From Clostridia bacterium (GTDB lineage Bacteria > Bacillota > Clostridia > Christensenellales > UBA1242), in assembly GCA_045648025.1 (NCBI GenBank), contig JAZRNH010000045.1, positions 6,682 to 70,681 on the forward strand: a stretch of 64,000 nucleotides of DNA. The letters are read 5' to 3'. Every line of letters starts with the position of its first letter. The first letter of the stretch is position 1. A model generated the notes under the pieces. It was not told the origin of the DNA, ran no database searches, and saw only the letters and a list, made by a program, of their open reading frames with translations. Shown here piece by piece: positions 1 to 9,459 of the stretch. The translations under genes were made by a program, and so were the position numbers.

Positions 1-1
1 C

Positions 2-754
2 AAGAAAAATTCAGATCTTACAGACGAACTTTTAAATTTAAAATTAGATGATTTTTCAGAGTATGATATTGGCTCACTCAAAGTTGCTTCGCCAAAACCT
101 ATTGATAGCGAAATACAAACCAGATATTTTGTTATTGAAGATGATAAACATTATCTAAGAGTTCATAGTTTTATTCCATCTGAAAATGATATTGAAATTT
201 CTAAATCAGTGGCATTTAAATATAATCTTGAAAACTACGATGTTTTAGAAGTTAAAGTTGAAGATAAAATGTATAAAATTGTTTCAATTAACGGGGTTGT
301 GGTTGAACATAAATTTGATGAATTAAATATAGAAAATGAAATTGTAGAAGCGGAAAACAAAAAGTTTTTTTACATTCGCACAAAAGAAGAAATTGATGAA
401 TTGGTTAAGACTATTGATGAAAAAACAGCTGTATTGGGTTTAAAAACTGTTATTTTTGCAACAAAAAAACACGAAGGACTTCGTGCTGATGTTGTTGAAT
501 ATAACATTGGTGACTGTTCAAAAATGTATAAATGCTTGATGCAGTTTATTGCAAAACTTGAAAAGTTGGCTTATGATGGTGAAGATGTTGTTGCTTTGAT
601 TGAATCATTTGATGATATCTATCAAATGTTTGAATCTATGGATGAATCTGTTTCTGAAAGAGCCAAAACAACAATTAATGAAACAATAAACAAGTTTATT
701 GCAGTAGGAAATGAATTGTATTCATTTAAAATTCAAAATACAAAAAATTATTAA
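2..754 (+). CDS. hypothetical acidic protein, 5' end outside window
   Basis: The frame of ORF 209..754 stays open back to base 2 with no in-frame stop, so the listed GTG start is probably internal. No recognisable motif. Confidence 0.5.
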   Translation, partial: KKNSDLTDELLNLKLDDFSEYDIGSLKVASPKPIDSEIQTRYFVIEDDKHYLRVHSFIPSENDIEISKSVAFKYNLENYDVLEVKVEDKMYKIVSINGVVVEHKFDELNIENEIVEAENKKFFYIRTKEEIDELVKTIDEKTAVLGLKTVIFATKKHEGLRADVVEYNIGDCSKMYKCLMQFIAKLEKLAYDGEDVVALIESFDDIYQMFESMDESVSERAKTTINETINKFIAVGNELYSFKIQNTKNY

Positions 755-1017
755 TTTGAAACGGTTGCATTTTCAATTATAAATTTATCAAAATCAATCG
801 ATTCAATAAAATCTCTTGGCAAAAAAGTTGCTGTATTAAAGTCCACATAATTTGTTATGTGGCTTTTTAATATTGCAGGGGTGGGAATATCAATTTCGTG
901 ACACATTTTTTCAATGTGAAAATGAAATTTTTCCTCAACAAAATTATCAATACTTTCATAAATATAAGACCTTGTGATTTTTCCATCAACAACGGTTCTT
1001 GCCCAAATTCTAATCAT
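751..1017 (-). CDS. small hypothetical protein (88 aa)
   Basis: Clean ORF convergent with the upstream gene (4-nt overlap of the stops). No motif recognised. Confidence 0.45.
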   Translation of the reverse strand: MIRIWARTVVDGKITRSYIYESIDNFVEEKFHFHIEKMCHEIDIPTPAILKSHITNYVDFNTATFLPRDFIESIDFDKFIIENATVSN

Positions 1018-1083
1018 TTTTTTACCTCAATAAGATGATATCAAACTCAAAAAAATTAATCAAGTAAAAACATTTTGAAAATG

Positions 1084-1112
1084 TTGACATGGTTAAACTT
1101 TTGTAATATAAT
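1084..1112 (+). promoter_or_regulatory. SigA-type promoter upstream of greA
   Basis: TTGACA (1084-1089), 17-nt spacer, TATAAT (1107-1112). Lies about 48 nt upstream of the greA ATG. Confidence 0.55.
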
Positions 1113-1159
1113 ACACTCAAATTTTTGAAAGCAATAATTTTTGCTTGAAAGGAGGCCGT

Positions 1160-1627
1160 ATGGCAGAATTGTTTATCACAGCTGAAGGAAAGGCTGAAAA
1201 AGAAGAAAGATTAAGATATTTAAAAAATGAAAAAAGACCAGAAGTTTTAGAAAAACTTAAAGTTGCTAGAGACTTTGGTGACCTTAGTGAAAATTCTGAA
1301 TATGATGCAGCAAAAAAAGAACAATCAATTGTTGAAACAGAAATTGCTTCAATTGAAGAAACATTGAGAAAAGCAAAGATTATTGACAGCAGCGATGTTG
1401 CAAAAGATGTTGTTGGTGTTGGAAACACTGTAACTGTTTATGATATGGATTTTGCAGAAGAAGTTACATATAAAATTGTTGGTGTTATTGAAAGTGATCC
1501 AGACAGAAACTTGGTTTCAAATGAGTCACCAATCGGCAGCAGTTTGATGGGTAAAAAGGTTGGAGATATTGTTTCAATCACAACTCCTGGTGGTGTTATT
1601 GAAATGAAGATTTTGAAAATTTCTTAA
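1160..1627 (+). CDS. greA: transcription elongation factor GreA
   Basis: N-terminal coiled-coil motif ARDFGDLSENSEYDAAKKEQ plus C-terminal VSNESPIGSSLMGKKVGD. AGGAGG RBS at 1150-1155 favours the ATG at 1160 over the TTG at 1145 in the ORF track. Confidence 0.9.
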   Translation: MAELFITAEGKAEKEERLRYLKNEKRPEVLEKLKVARDFGDLSENSEYDAAKKEQSIVETEIASIEETLRKAKIIDSSDVAKDVVGVGNTVTVYDMDFAEEVTYKIVGVIESDPDRNLVSNESPIGSSLMGKKVGDIVSITTPGGVIEMKILKIS

Positions 1628-1746
1628 AATGACAAGGCATAGCAAAAATAAAAGCTATGTCTTTTTTATTGCATAAAATTGTTTGCGATTTTGTTTATTT
1701 CTTGACATTTTGAGGGCTTTCTATTACGATATAAAAAGAGGGATAT

Positions 1747-2733
1747 ATGCTTAATTATTCTAATGTTATTGAAAATTCTGCGGCAATCAAAACAATTGAA
1801 CTTGATATTTCAAGGTCAAGAATTTCTCATGCATATTTATTTGTAAGTAAAGACAAAAAATATTTAAAGCAATTTGCTGAAACTGTTGCAATAAAACTTG
1901 TTAATATAAACGAAACAGAATTTGCAGAAAAAAATTTGCTTAGAATAAAAAAGAGAACACATCCTGATGTTAGCTTTTTTGGTGAAGACAAAGCAATTTC
2001 TGCCGAAGTTGCAACAGGCATTGTTGAATCTTCAAGCATTACTCCTTTTGAGGCTGATAAAAAGATTTTTGTTATTGAAAACTTTCAAAAAGCAAATGAA
2101 TCAGCTCAAAACAAACTCTTAAAAACAATTGAAGAACCTGCAAAAAACACAATTTATATCTTGTGTGCAACAGCAACCAGCAAGATTCTTCAAACAATTC
2201 TTTCAAGAGTTAAAAAGATTGATTTAGATGAGCTTTCAAAAGAAGATATCAAAAATATGCTCATTGAAACTGGTGTAAAACAAGAAAAGGCAGAAATTCT
2301 TTCAAGCTGTGCAAATGGAGACGGTGAGTTTGCTGAAAAACTTGCAACAGATGATGGCTTTGTTGATTTTTTCAACAATATTGTTTCTTGCTTGTTTGAA
2401 ATCAACGGAAGCAGAGATGTTTTAAAATTTTCAAGTATGTTTACGGCAAAATCAGTTGACCAAGAAGAATTTATTAATCTTGTTCAAATTTTGTTAAGAG
2501 ATATTATGGTGCTTTTATCAGGAAAAGAAGATTTGGTTGTTTGTAAACATATTTTGCCAAAATTAAAAGTTATTTCTTCAAGTTTAAACCTTTCAGCGGT
2601 TCAAATTTTGATAGATACCTGCTTTAATGAAAAAAAGAAACTTTCTTTTAATGTTAACAGCACTGCTGTTATTGATGACTTTTTATTTAAATTAGCGGAG
2701 GTTAAAGTAAAATGCAGAAGATTGTCGGTGTAA
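1747..2733 (+). CDS. holB: DNA polymerase III delta' subunit
   Basis: SHAYLF box, NKLLKTIEEP and TILSRV motifs typical of HolB. Synteny with ricT/yaaT downstream. Confidence 0.85.
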   Translation: MLNYSNVIENSAAIKTIELDISRSRISHAYLFVSKDKKYLKQFAETVAIKLVNINETEFAEKNLLRIKKRTHPDVSFFGEDKAISAEVATGIVESSSITPFEADKKIFVIENFQKANESAQNKLLKTIEEPAKNTIYILCATATSKILQTILSRVKKIDLDELSKEDIKNMLIETGVKQEKAEILSSCANGDGEFAEKLATDDGFVDFFNNIVSCLFEINGSRDVLKFSSMFTAKSVDQEEFINLVQILLRDIMVLLSGKEDLVVCKHILPKLKVISSSLNLSAVQILIDTCFNEKKKLSFNVNSTAVIDDFLFKLAEVKVKCRRLSV

Positions 2734-3791
2734 AAAGAAGCGACGATAAAAACATATATTATTTTTCGCATAACTTAGAACTTGTTCAAGGGGATAAAGT
2801 TGTTGTGAATTTTGATGAGTTCCAAACCGTTGCAACTGTTGTTAGAGTTGATCCAAAAATTGATGATGCAGCAGCAAAAGAAGTTGCTAAAATTGTTAGA
2901 ATCGCAACTGATGCAGATTTGAAAAAATATAATGAACTTCAAGCAAAGGCAAAATCAAACTTGAAAAGCATTAAAACAAAGTCGTTAGAACTTGGTTTAA
3001 TGATGAAGTTTGTTGCTGCTGAATATAGCTTGGATAATTCAAAAATAATTATTACTTTTTCAAGTGAAGAAAGAGTTGATTTTAGACAATTTTTAAAAGA
3101 CCTTGCAGCAATGCTTAAAACTAGAATTGAGCTTAAACAAATTGGTCAAAGAGATGAAGTTAAGGTTATTGGTGGTGTTGGTCCTTGTGGAGAGCCATGC
3201 TGCTGTGCAAGATTTTTAAATGAATTTGAACATGTTACTGTTAAAATGGCAAAAATTCAAGGCTTGTCACTTTCACCAACAAAGATTAACGGAATTTGTG
3301 GAAGACTTATGTGTTGTTTGGGATATGAATCTGAGGTTTATGAAGAAGTTTTGTCTAGGATGCCAAAAGTGAATTCAGAAGTAATTTCACCAAACGGAAA
3401 GGGTCAGGTTGTTTATAATGATATTCTTCACGAAAGAGTATCTGTAAAAAGACAAGCAGAAGGTGACACTTTTATTGTTGAAGATTTTGCTCTTGAAGAA
3501 CTTGAATTTGAAGGTCACAAGGCAAAACCAGCAAAAAAAGAAGAACCAAAGATAAAAGAAGAAAAACCTGTTCAAACTGAAGAAGTTATGATGCTTGGTG
3601 GCGAACAAGAGAATAAAAAGCCATTTAACAAGGCAAATAAACACAAAAACCACCAAAATAAACCAAGTGAAACTGTGGAAAGTGGCAAATCTGAAAATAA
3701 AAATGGTCAAGAAAAGCCAAAACACAAAAAGCATCATGGGTTTAAAAACAAAAATAAACAAAAATCATATAATAATAAAAACAACGAATAA
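2712..3791 (+). CDS. ricT: PSP1-domain protein RicT/YaaT with Lys-rich C-terminal extension
   Basis: Cys cluster GPCGEPCCCARFL...ICGRLMCCLGYE typical of YaaT/PSP1. GGAGG RBS. 22-nt overlap with holB. The last ~90 aa are K/N/E/H low complexity. Confidence 0.85.
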   Translation: MQKIVGVKRSDDKNIYYFSHNLELVQGDKVVVNFDEFQTVATVVRVDPKIDDAAAKEVAKIVRIATDADLKKYNELQAKAKSNLKSIKTKSLELGLMMKFVAAEYSLDNSKIIITFSSEERVDFRQFLKDLAAMLKTRIELKQIGQRDEVKVIGGVGPCGEPCCCARFLNEFEHVTVKMAKIQGLSLSPTKINGICGRLMCCLGYESEVYEEVLSRMPKVNSEVISPNGKGQVVYNDILHERVSVKRQAEGDTFIVEDFALEELEFEGHKAKPAKKEEPKIKEEKPVQTEEVMMLGGEQENKKPFNKANKHKNHQNKPSETVESGKSENKNGQEKPKHKKHHGFKNKNKQKSYNNKNNE

Positions 3792-3806
3792 AGACCTCAA
3801 AATATC

Positions 3807-3835
3807 TTGATATAATTTTGGGTCTGGAGTATAAT
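3807..3835 (+). promoter_or_regulatory. SigA-type promoter upstream of the ferredoxin gene
   Basis: TTGATA (3807-3812), 17-nt spacer, TATAAT (3830-3835). Confidence 0.45.
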
Positions 3836-3867
3836 TAATCTTGTAAATTTACATAAGGAGATTTATT

Positions 3868-4044
3868 ATGGCATACAAAATTCTTGCAGACAAATGTATT
3901 GGTTGTGGTGCTTGTGCAGGTGCTTGTCCTGTTGCTGCTATCAACCCAACAGATGACGGAAAAATGGTTATCGATGAAGAAAAGTGCATTTCATGTGGCA
4001 CTTGTGCTGCAGTTTGTCCAGTAGGGGCACCTGTAAGTGAATAA
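3868..4044 (+). CDS. 2x[4Fe-4S] ferredoxin (58 aa), absent from the ORF track
   Basis: My translation is MAYKILADKCIGCGACAGACPVAAINPTDDGKMVIDEEKCISCGTCAAVCPVGAPVSE. It has two CxxCxxCxxxCP motifs. AAGGAG RBS lies 8 nt upstream of the ATG at 3868, and the TAA stop is at 4042-4044. Confidence 0.85.
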   Translation: MAYKILADKCIGCGACAGACPVAAINPTDDGKMVIDEEKCISCGTCAAVCPVGAPVSE

Positions 4045-4765
4045 TCTTTTAAAAGAAAATGAAAGATTAGATGACTTAGAACTTGATAATTTAATGATTA
4101 TTCAAGACAGAAATGGCTACAAATTTTCTACCGACTCTGTGCTTCTTGCAAACTTTGCCAAGGCAAAACCTAGCGATGTTTGTGTAGATTTGTGCAGTGG
4201 CGGTGGAGTGGTAGCCATTCTTTTTTCATACAAAAATAAAATCAAAAAGTCTTATGCTGTTGAAATTCAAGAAAAACCTGCTGAAATGTCAAAAAGGTCA
4301 ATTGAATACAACAAACTTAATATTGAAGTTATTAATGATGATTTAAAAAACTTAAAAGAAATTTTGGGTGCTGAAACTGTTGATGTAATCACAGTTAATC
4401 CACCATATAACAAAGTGGGTGAAACCAGTGAACTTGATGAAATTGCAATTTCTACCCACGAAATAAAAACCAATTTAGATGAAATTTTGAAAACATCATC
4501 AACAATATTAAAGTTTGGCGGAAAAATTTATATGGTTCACAGGGCAGACAGGCTTGTTGATATTATGTCTGGTATGAGAAAATACAAACTTGAACCAAAA
4601 GTTTTAAGAATTGTTTATCCGAAGATTTCAAAAGAACCAAATTTGGTTTTAATTGAAGCCAAAAAGGGTGCAAAAGCCGGTTTGAAAATTATGAAACCTT
4701 TAATTTTAAACAATGAAGACGGCTCAGAAACTGATGAATTAAAGAAAATTTACTGCAGAAAATAA
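4037..4765 (+). CDS. SAM-dependent methyltransferase, TrmN6/YabB-like (tRNA m6A37 family)
   Basis: SAM-binding DLCSGGG and catalytic NPPY motifs. Sits at the yabB position downstream of holB-yaaT. GTG start overlaps the ferredoxin stop, so the start is uncertain. Confidence 0.7.
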   Translation: MNNLLKENERLDDLELDNLMIIQDRNGYKFSTDSVLLANFAKAKPSDVCVDLCSGGGVVAILFSYKNKIKKSYAVEIQEKPAEMSKRSIEYNKLNIEVINDDLKNLKEILGAETVDVITVNPPYNKVGETSELDEIAISTHEIKTNLDEILKTSSTILKFGGKIYMVHRADRLVDIMSGMRKYKLEPKVLRIVYPKISKEPNLVLIEAKKGAKAGLKIMKPLILNNEDGSETDELKKIYCRK

Positions 4766-4788
4766 CATTTTTTGCAGTTTTTTATTGT

Positions 4789-5295
4789 TTAAAATATTCT
4801 GCATACAAAACAAGAAATCACAGCACCAAAAAGTGCGGAAATTAAACAAACAGGAATGATATATCTTAATTTTTTAATTTTTGTTGTTGAAAAATAAACT
4901 GCAACCACATAAAAAGTAGTTTCAGATGTGCTCATGATCACGGCAGCTGCTTTTGATATGAAACTATCTGGTCCATAGGTTTCAAACAATCTTGAAAGCA
5001 TTCCAAGTGAGCCTGAGCCAGTAAATGGTCTGAGTATTAAAAATTCGGTTAGTTCAACAGGTATGCCCAAAAATTTAAATACTGGTGAAACGGCGGCCGC
5101 CAAAACATTTGACAGTCCACTTATTGAAAGAAGTTCAACTATTGCAAAAATTGCAACTAAGTATGGCACGGTGTTTATGCAAAGGTCAATGGCTTGTTTT
5201 CCGCCATAAACAAAAGAATCATAAGCATTTATTTTTTTGAAAAAGCTAAAAACCAAAACAAATACAATAAAAATTGGAATAATATAATCAGACAT
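4789..5295 (-). CDS. spmB: spore maturation protein B / nucleoside-recognition membrane protein
   Basis: Polytopic membrane protein with RPFTGSGSLGM and SETTFYV blocks typical of SpmB. Adjacent to spmA. Confidence 0.75.
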   Translation of the reverse strand: MSDYIIPIFIVFVLVFSFFKKINAYDSFVYGGKQAIDLCINTVPYLVAIFAIVELLSISGLSNVLAAAVSPVFKFLGIPVELTEFLILRPFTGSGSLGMLSRLFETYGPDSFISKAAAVIMSTSETTFYVVAVYFSTTKIKKLRYIIPVCLISALFGAVISCFVCRIF

Positions 5296-5297
5296 AG

Positions 5298-5891
5298 TTA
5301 TCTCTTTTTTGATTTATTTTTGTCAAAGATAAAGTGGAATAAATAAACTAGCAAAATTGCAATGGTTGTTGAAATAATAGAGCAGATAATTGATGGCAAA
5401 ATTATTCCTGATGGATTTGAACTTCCGGCAGAAGATAGCATACCAATTATTGATGTTGGAAGCAGTTGTATGCTTGAACAACTTATTGCAATAAGCATAA
5501 TCATTGGAAAGGTAACAGTGTTTTTATTTTGGTTGTCTTTTTGCATTGATTCAATTGCTTTGATTCCAAGAGGGGTTGCTGCACCGCTCATTCCAAGAAG
5601 ATTTGCAGACATATTCATTGAAACATATCTCTTACTTTCTTCTGAAAGGTTGTTTTTGCCAAATATTTTGTTTATAATAGGTGATAGAAGTTTTGAAACT
5701 TTTTTTGATAGTCCACTTTGCTCTAAGATTGAAAATAGTCCAATCCAAATGGCATAAATGGCACAAAGTTCAAAAGAAAGTTTGATTGCAGAATTTGCTG
5801 CTGTTATTAAACCTGTCAAAACCTGTGACGGGTCAAAAAGGCAGATAGCGACAATGCTTGAAATAAAAACAATAGTCCAAATTTTATTCAT
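5298..5891 (-). CDS. spmA: spore maturation protein A / nucleoside-recognition membrane protein
   Basis: SpmA-like sequence (MSANLLGMSGAATPLGIKA). I prefer the start at MNKIWTIV (5891), because the longer ORF to 5945 would overlap the divergent tatD start. Confidence 0.75.
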   Translation of the reverse strand: MNKIWTIVFISSIVAICLFDPSQVLTGLITAANSAIKLSFELCAIYAIWIGLFSILEQSGLSKKVSKLLSPIINKIFGKNNLSEESKRYVSMNMSANLLGMSGAATPLGIKAIESMQKDNQNKNTVTFPMIMLIAISCSSIQLLPTSIIGMLSSAGSSNPSGIILPSIICSIISTTIAILLVYLFHFIFDKNKSKKR

Positions 5892-5934
5892 ATTAAAAAA
5901 TATGATTAAATGACTGAAAATATGAGGTTTTATT

Positions 5935-6702
5935 ATGTTTGACACACATGCACATTTTTTATGTTATAAAGAAGATGAAATTGATGACATTATAAATGAA
6001 ATGCAAGAAAACAACTTAGATTATATTGTTAACATTGCAACAACAATCGATGAAGCAAAAAAGAGCATTGAACTTGCAAATAAATATGATAGAGTTTATA
6101 CTGCAATTGGTCTTTATCCAGAATATTCGCTTGATGTGACTGACGAAGATTTGATTCAACTTGAAGAACTTGCAAAAAATGAAAAAGTGGTTGCAATTGG
6201 CGAAATTGGTCTTGATTATCACAGTGAAAAATATGACAAAGAATCACAAAAGAAAATTTTTGTAAAACAACTTGAAATTGCAGACAGACTTGGGCTTCCA
6301 TTTTGCATTCATTGCAGAAAAGCCGTTGAAGATTTGTATCAAATATTGTATGAAAATAAAAATTTAATAAATCACTCTGGAATTATGCATTGTTATAGTG
6401 AAGGGGCAGAGTGGGTTCAAAAATTTTTAGACTTAGGCTTGGTGATTAGTTTTTCTGGAAACATTACTTACAAAAAAACAGACAAGTCAGTTTTAAAACT
6501 TATACCAATAGATAAAATTGTTGTTGAAACCGATGCACCATATCTTACTCCTGAACCATTTAGGGGAAGAACAAATTATCCAACATTTGTTAATTTGGTT
6601 GCTAAAAAAATTGCAGAAGAACTTGAAATTGATTTTGATGAATTTGATAAACAAGTTACAAAAACCGCAAAATCGGTTTATCTTAAGATAAAAAATAAAT
6701 AA
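5935..6702 (+). CDS. tatD: TatD-family metal-dependent DNase/hydrolase (YabD)
   Basis: FDTHAHF N-terminal HxH, EIGLDYH and VETDAPYL motifs. Conserved position next to rsmA. Confidence 0.9.
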   Translation: MFDTHAHFLCYKEDEIDDIINEMQENNLDYIVNIATTIDEAKKSIELANKYDRVYTAIGLYPEYSLDVTDEDLIQLEELAKNEKVVAIGEIGLDYHSEKYDKESQKKIFVKQLEIADRLGLPFCIHCRKAVEDLYQILYENKNLINHSGIMHCYSEGAEWVQKFLDLGLVISFSGNITYKKTDKSVLKLIPIDKIVVETDAPYLTPEPFRGRTNYPTFVNLVAKKIAEELEIDFDEFDKQVTKTAKSVYLKIKNK

Positions 6703-6713
6703 AAAGGGCAAAT

Positions 6714-7508
6714 ATGGAAAGATTTGAGTTTAAGAAAAAGTTTGGTCAAAATTTTTTGACTGATAAGAATTTACTTGCGGAAATCGTGGAAAAATCAGGT
6801 GTTATGTCTGACGATGTAGTGGTGGAGATTGGTGCTGGAAAAGGTGCACTCACTGAAGTTTTGTCAAAAACCGCAAAAAAAGTATATTCTTTTGAAATTG
6901 ATAGTGAACTTGTTGAATTTTTAACAGAAAAATTTGATGGAACAAATGTTTCAATGATTTTTAAAGATGTTATGAAAGTTTCTGATGAAGAAATAAATTC
7001 TATTGTGGGTGAAAAGTTTAAGCTTGTTGCAAACCTTCCATACTATGTTACTTCTCCAATTCTTACAAGATTTTTGCAAAATGAAAATATGCTTTCTTGC
7101 ACGGTTATGGTTCAAGAAGAAGTGGCTGACAGAATTATTGCTGAGCCAAAAACAAAAGACTATGGTGTGCTAACAGTAATTTGTCAGTCGTTTGGAAAGG
7201 CTGAAAAAGTTTTGAGAGTTAACAGAAAAATGTTTTATCCTGTTCCTAATGTTGATTCTGCTGTTATTCGAATTAATAAATATGAATCTGCACCACAAAA
7301 CTTTGAGAAGTTTATTTCTTTTGTAAAGACTGCATTTTCAATGAGAAGAAAAAAACTTTCTAGCAACTTAGAAAGTTTGGGACTCAAAAAAGCAGACATT
7401 GAAAAGATGCTCATAGAAAATGGTTTTAGTGACATGGCCAGGGCAGAAGAACTTTCAATTTCTGAGTTTGAAACTTTATATAATTTGTTTTGCAAAAATT
7501 CCAAATAA
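6714..7508 (+). CDS. rsmA: 16S rRNA (adenine1518/1519-N6)-dimethyltransferase
   Basis: KKFGQNFL, EIGAGKGALT and NLPYYVTSPI motifs of KsgA/RsmA. Confidence 0.9.
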   Translation: MERFEFKKKFGQNFLTDKNLLAEIVEKSGVMSDDVVVEIGAGKGALTEVLSKTAKKVYSFEIDSELVEFLTEKFDGTNVSMIFKDVMKVSDEEINSIVGEKFKLVANLPYYVTSPILTRFLQNENMLSCTVMVQEEVADRIIAEPKTKDYGVLTVICQSFGKAEKVLRVNRKMFYPVPNVDSAVIRINKYESAPQNFEKFISFVKTAFSMRRKKLSSNLESLGLKKADIEKMLIENGFSDMARAEELSISEFETLYNLFCKNSK

Positions 7509-7546
7509 TATAACAAATTTTGTATAATCGCAACTTACAAAACATC

Positions 7547-7574
7547 TTGACAAAGGGTTGCAAACAATTATAAT
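7547..7574 (+). promoter_or_regulatory. SigA-type promoter upstream of the lipoprotein gene
   Basis: TTGACA (7547-7552), 16-nt spacer, TATAAT (7569-7574). Confidence 0.5.
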
Positions 7575-7634
7575 TATATTGTAATAAAATTATTTATGTT
7601 GAGAGACTATATCTTAGCATAACATGAGGGCTTT

Positions 7635-9122
7635 ATGAGAAAAATACTTAAAATTACATTATCAATGGTTATGGCAGTTGTTTGTGTATTTTCATTTACT
7701 GGCTGCAAGAAAAAAGTTTCTGAAACAACCACTGATGCTGCAAAAACAGTTTTAAATGGTGTTCAAACAAATGGAGGAATCACCGCTGTTTATGATGGTT
7801 ATTTATATTTTATCAACGGAACCAGAGATAATGATGGCACAAAATTAACAAAAACAACTAGATCTGCTATTTACAGAGTTCAATATAATGCAGATGGAAC
7901 TCTTGGAACAGAATATGAAGTTGTTGTTGATGACCTTGTTGGTTACACAAATGGTTCACTTTATTTCTTTGGCGATTACATGTATTATGCAACTCCATGT
8001 GCTGACAAAAACAAAAAGGCAACAGTTTTAAATGGAAAAACTTCATTTATGAGATATGACCTTGTTAACAAAAAGACACATGAAGTTTACACAACAAACT
8101 TAAACGACACAAAAGAAGTGATTTCTTATGAATATTATGTAGTTGGAACAGAACTTCACTTGGTTGTTTTTGAAACAAACAACAAAACAATCACAAGTGT
8201 AAAAGTTGACAAAAAGCCAACAGTAAACTATGTAATTTCTGATGTTACTGCTTGTGTTCTTAGCGAAAACAACGGAACAGTTGTTACAAAAGATGCAACT
8301 GCTGATGCAAACAGCTTTGTGTTCTATTCAAAAGCACATGAATCAGTTGAACAAGACAAAGTTCAAACAGGTAACAAAGTTTATAAAACTTCACCAAGCT
8401 ATGATAGTTCAGCAGTGCTTTATGATGGTGGTGAAACAATTTCAATTCTTTCAATCAGAAACGGCAAACTTATTTATGCAAACGGTTCAAAACTTTATGC
8501 TCAAACATTTACCGGTGCTGAAAAAGAAAGTTTAGTTCTTGACAATGCTTATGTTATCACTCAAAACTATTCAACAGATTCAAGCTATATGTTCCTTGAG
8601 AATGCTGATGGAACAATTTCTGTTTTATATTATGATGCAACAAGTTTTGGTCTTAACATCATCACTTGGAAAAATGGTGACCTTGAAACAGTTAACCTTC
8701 ACACATTTACAAAAGATGACAAACTTGAATTTTTGACAACAGTTACACTCACTGAAACAGAAGAAGTTGAAGAAGGTGAGACTGCCAAGTCTCATGAAGT
8801 TACTTATTTGATTTTCATCAACTCAACAAAACTTTATAAAATTGAAATTGCATTTGATGGAAATTATGAAGATTCTGCTTATGCAAGTGGTGTGATTCAA
8901 ATCACAAGCACTGCTGTTAATAGTGCATCAGGCTGCTTGATGCCAGAAGTTATTGGCAACAACTTATACATTTTTGCAAAGAACTCTGACGATAACCCAT
9001 ATCTTCATAAAGTTGATGTTACAAAAGACATCAAAGAAATTGAAAAAGATGAAGACAAAAAAGCAACTTTTGTTGGTGTTGTTGATGACACTGATGAAAA
9101 GAAAAAAGAAGAAGAGAAGTAA
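7635..9122 (+). CDS. putative lipoprotein, probably a beta-propeller-like repeat protein
   Basis: Signal peptide ending in the lipobox FTGC (Cys24). Recurrent YFINGT / LYFFGDYMYYA / KLIYANGSKLYA / NLYIFAK strands. Acidic/Lys-rich C-terminus. Followed by a hairpin plus T-run at 9132-9158. Confidence 0.65.
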   Translation: MRKILKITLSMVMAVVCVFSFTGCKKKVSETTTDAAKTVLNGVQTNGGITAVYDGYLYFINGTRDNDGTKLTKTTRSAIYRVQYNADGTLGTEYEVVVDDLVGYTNGSLYFFGDYMYYATPCADKNKKATVLNGKTSFMRYDLVNKKTHEVYTTNLNDTKEVISYEYYVVGTELHLVVFETNNKTITSVKVDKKPTVNYVISDVTACVLSENNGTVVTKDATADANSFVFYSKAHESVEQDKVQTGNKVYKTSPSYDSSAVLYDGGETISILSIRNGKLIYANGSKLYAQTFTGAEKESLVLDNAYVITQNYSTDSSYMFLENADGTISVLYYDATSFGLNIITWKNGDLETVNLHTFTKDDKLEFLTTVTLTETEEVEEGETAKSHEVTYLIFINSTKLYKIEIAFDGNYEDSAYASGVIQITSTAVNSASGCLMPEVIGNNLYIFAKNSDDNPYLHKVDVTKDIKEIEKDEDKKATFVGVVDDTDEKKKEEEK

Positions 9123-9202
9123 TATAAAAGGCAAGAGAAAATCTCTTGTCTTTTTTTTATTTCATCAAATAAAAAACCCCGCCAAAAAGGTGGGGTTTTG
9201 TT

Positions 9203-9454
9203 TTATTGTTCATTTTTTGCTTGATATTCTTTTAAAGCTTTTGCAAGTTGGTCTGGACAAGAAGTTCCGTTTCTGCAAAGAGTTCCTTCAAGAAGGGAAA
9301 TCACTTCTTCAACAGGTCTGTTTTTTGCAAGTTTTGCAACACCTTGTGTGTTTCCAGCACAACCGCCAATAAACTTAACATCTGTCAAAATGCCATCTTT
9401 AACTTCAAATTCAATGAATCTTGAACATACAGAAGAAGTTTTAAAAGTTTCCAT
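9203..9454 (-). CDS. TSCPD-domain protein (TIGR03905-like)
   Basis: 83 aa with SRFIEFEV...GGCAGNTQGVAKL...TSCPDQLAKAL, the TSCPD signature. Confidence 0.8.
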   Translation of the reverse strand: METFKTSSVCSRFIEFEVKDGILTDVKFIGGCAGNTQGVAKLAKNRPVEEVISLLEGTLCRNGTSCPDQLAKALKEYQAKNEQ

Positions 9455-9459
9455 AGTTT

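Noticed and set aside
1117-1428. 103-aa ORF antisense to greA, and similar shadow ORFs (1827..2039, 2190..2405, 4267..4473, 5362..5757, 6016..6301)
   Set aside because: They overlap confidently identified genes on the opposite strand, lack an RBS and translate to low-complexity S/F/L-rich sequence.
8242-9372. Alternate-frame ORFs inside and beyond the lipoprotein gene (8242..8535, 8539..8736, 8953..9372)
   Set aside because: These out-of-frame ORFs overlap the well-supported lipoprotein CDS, and 8953..9372 also runs into the TSCPD gene. Their composition is Met/Leu/Gln-rich, typical of frame-shifted AT-rich coding DNA.
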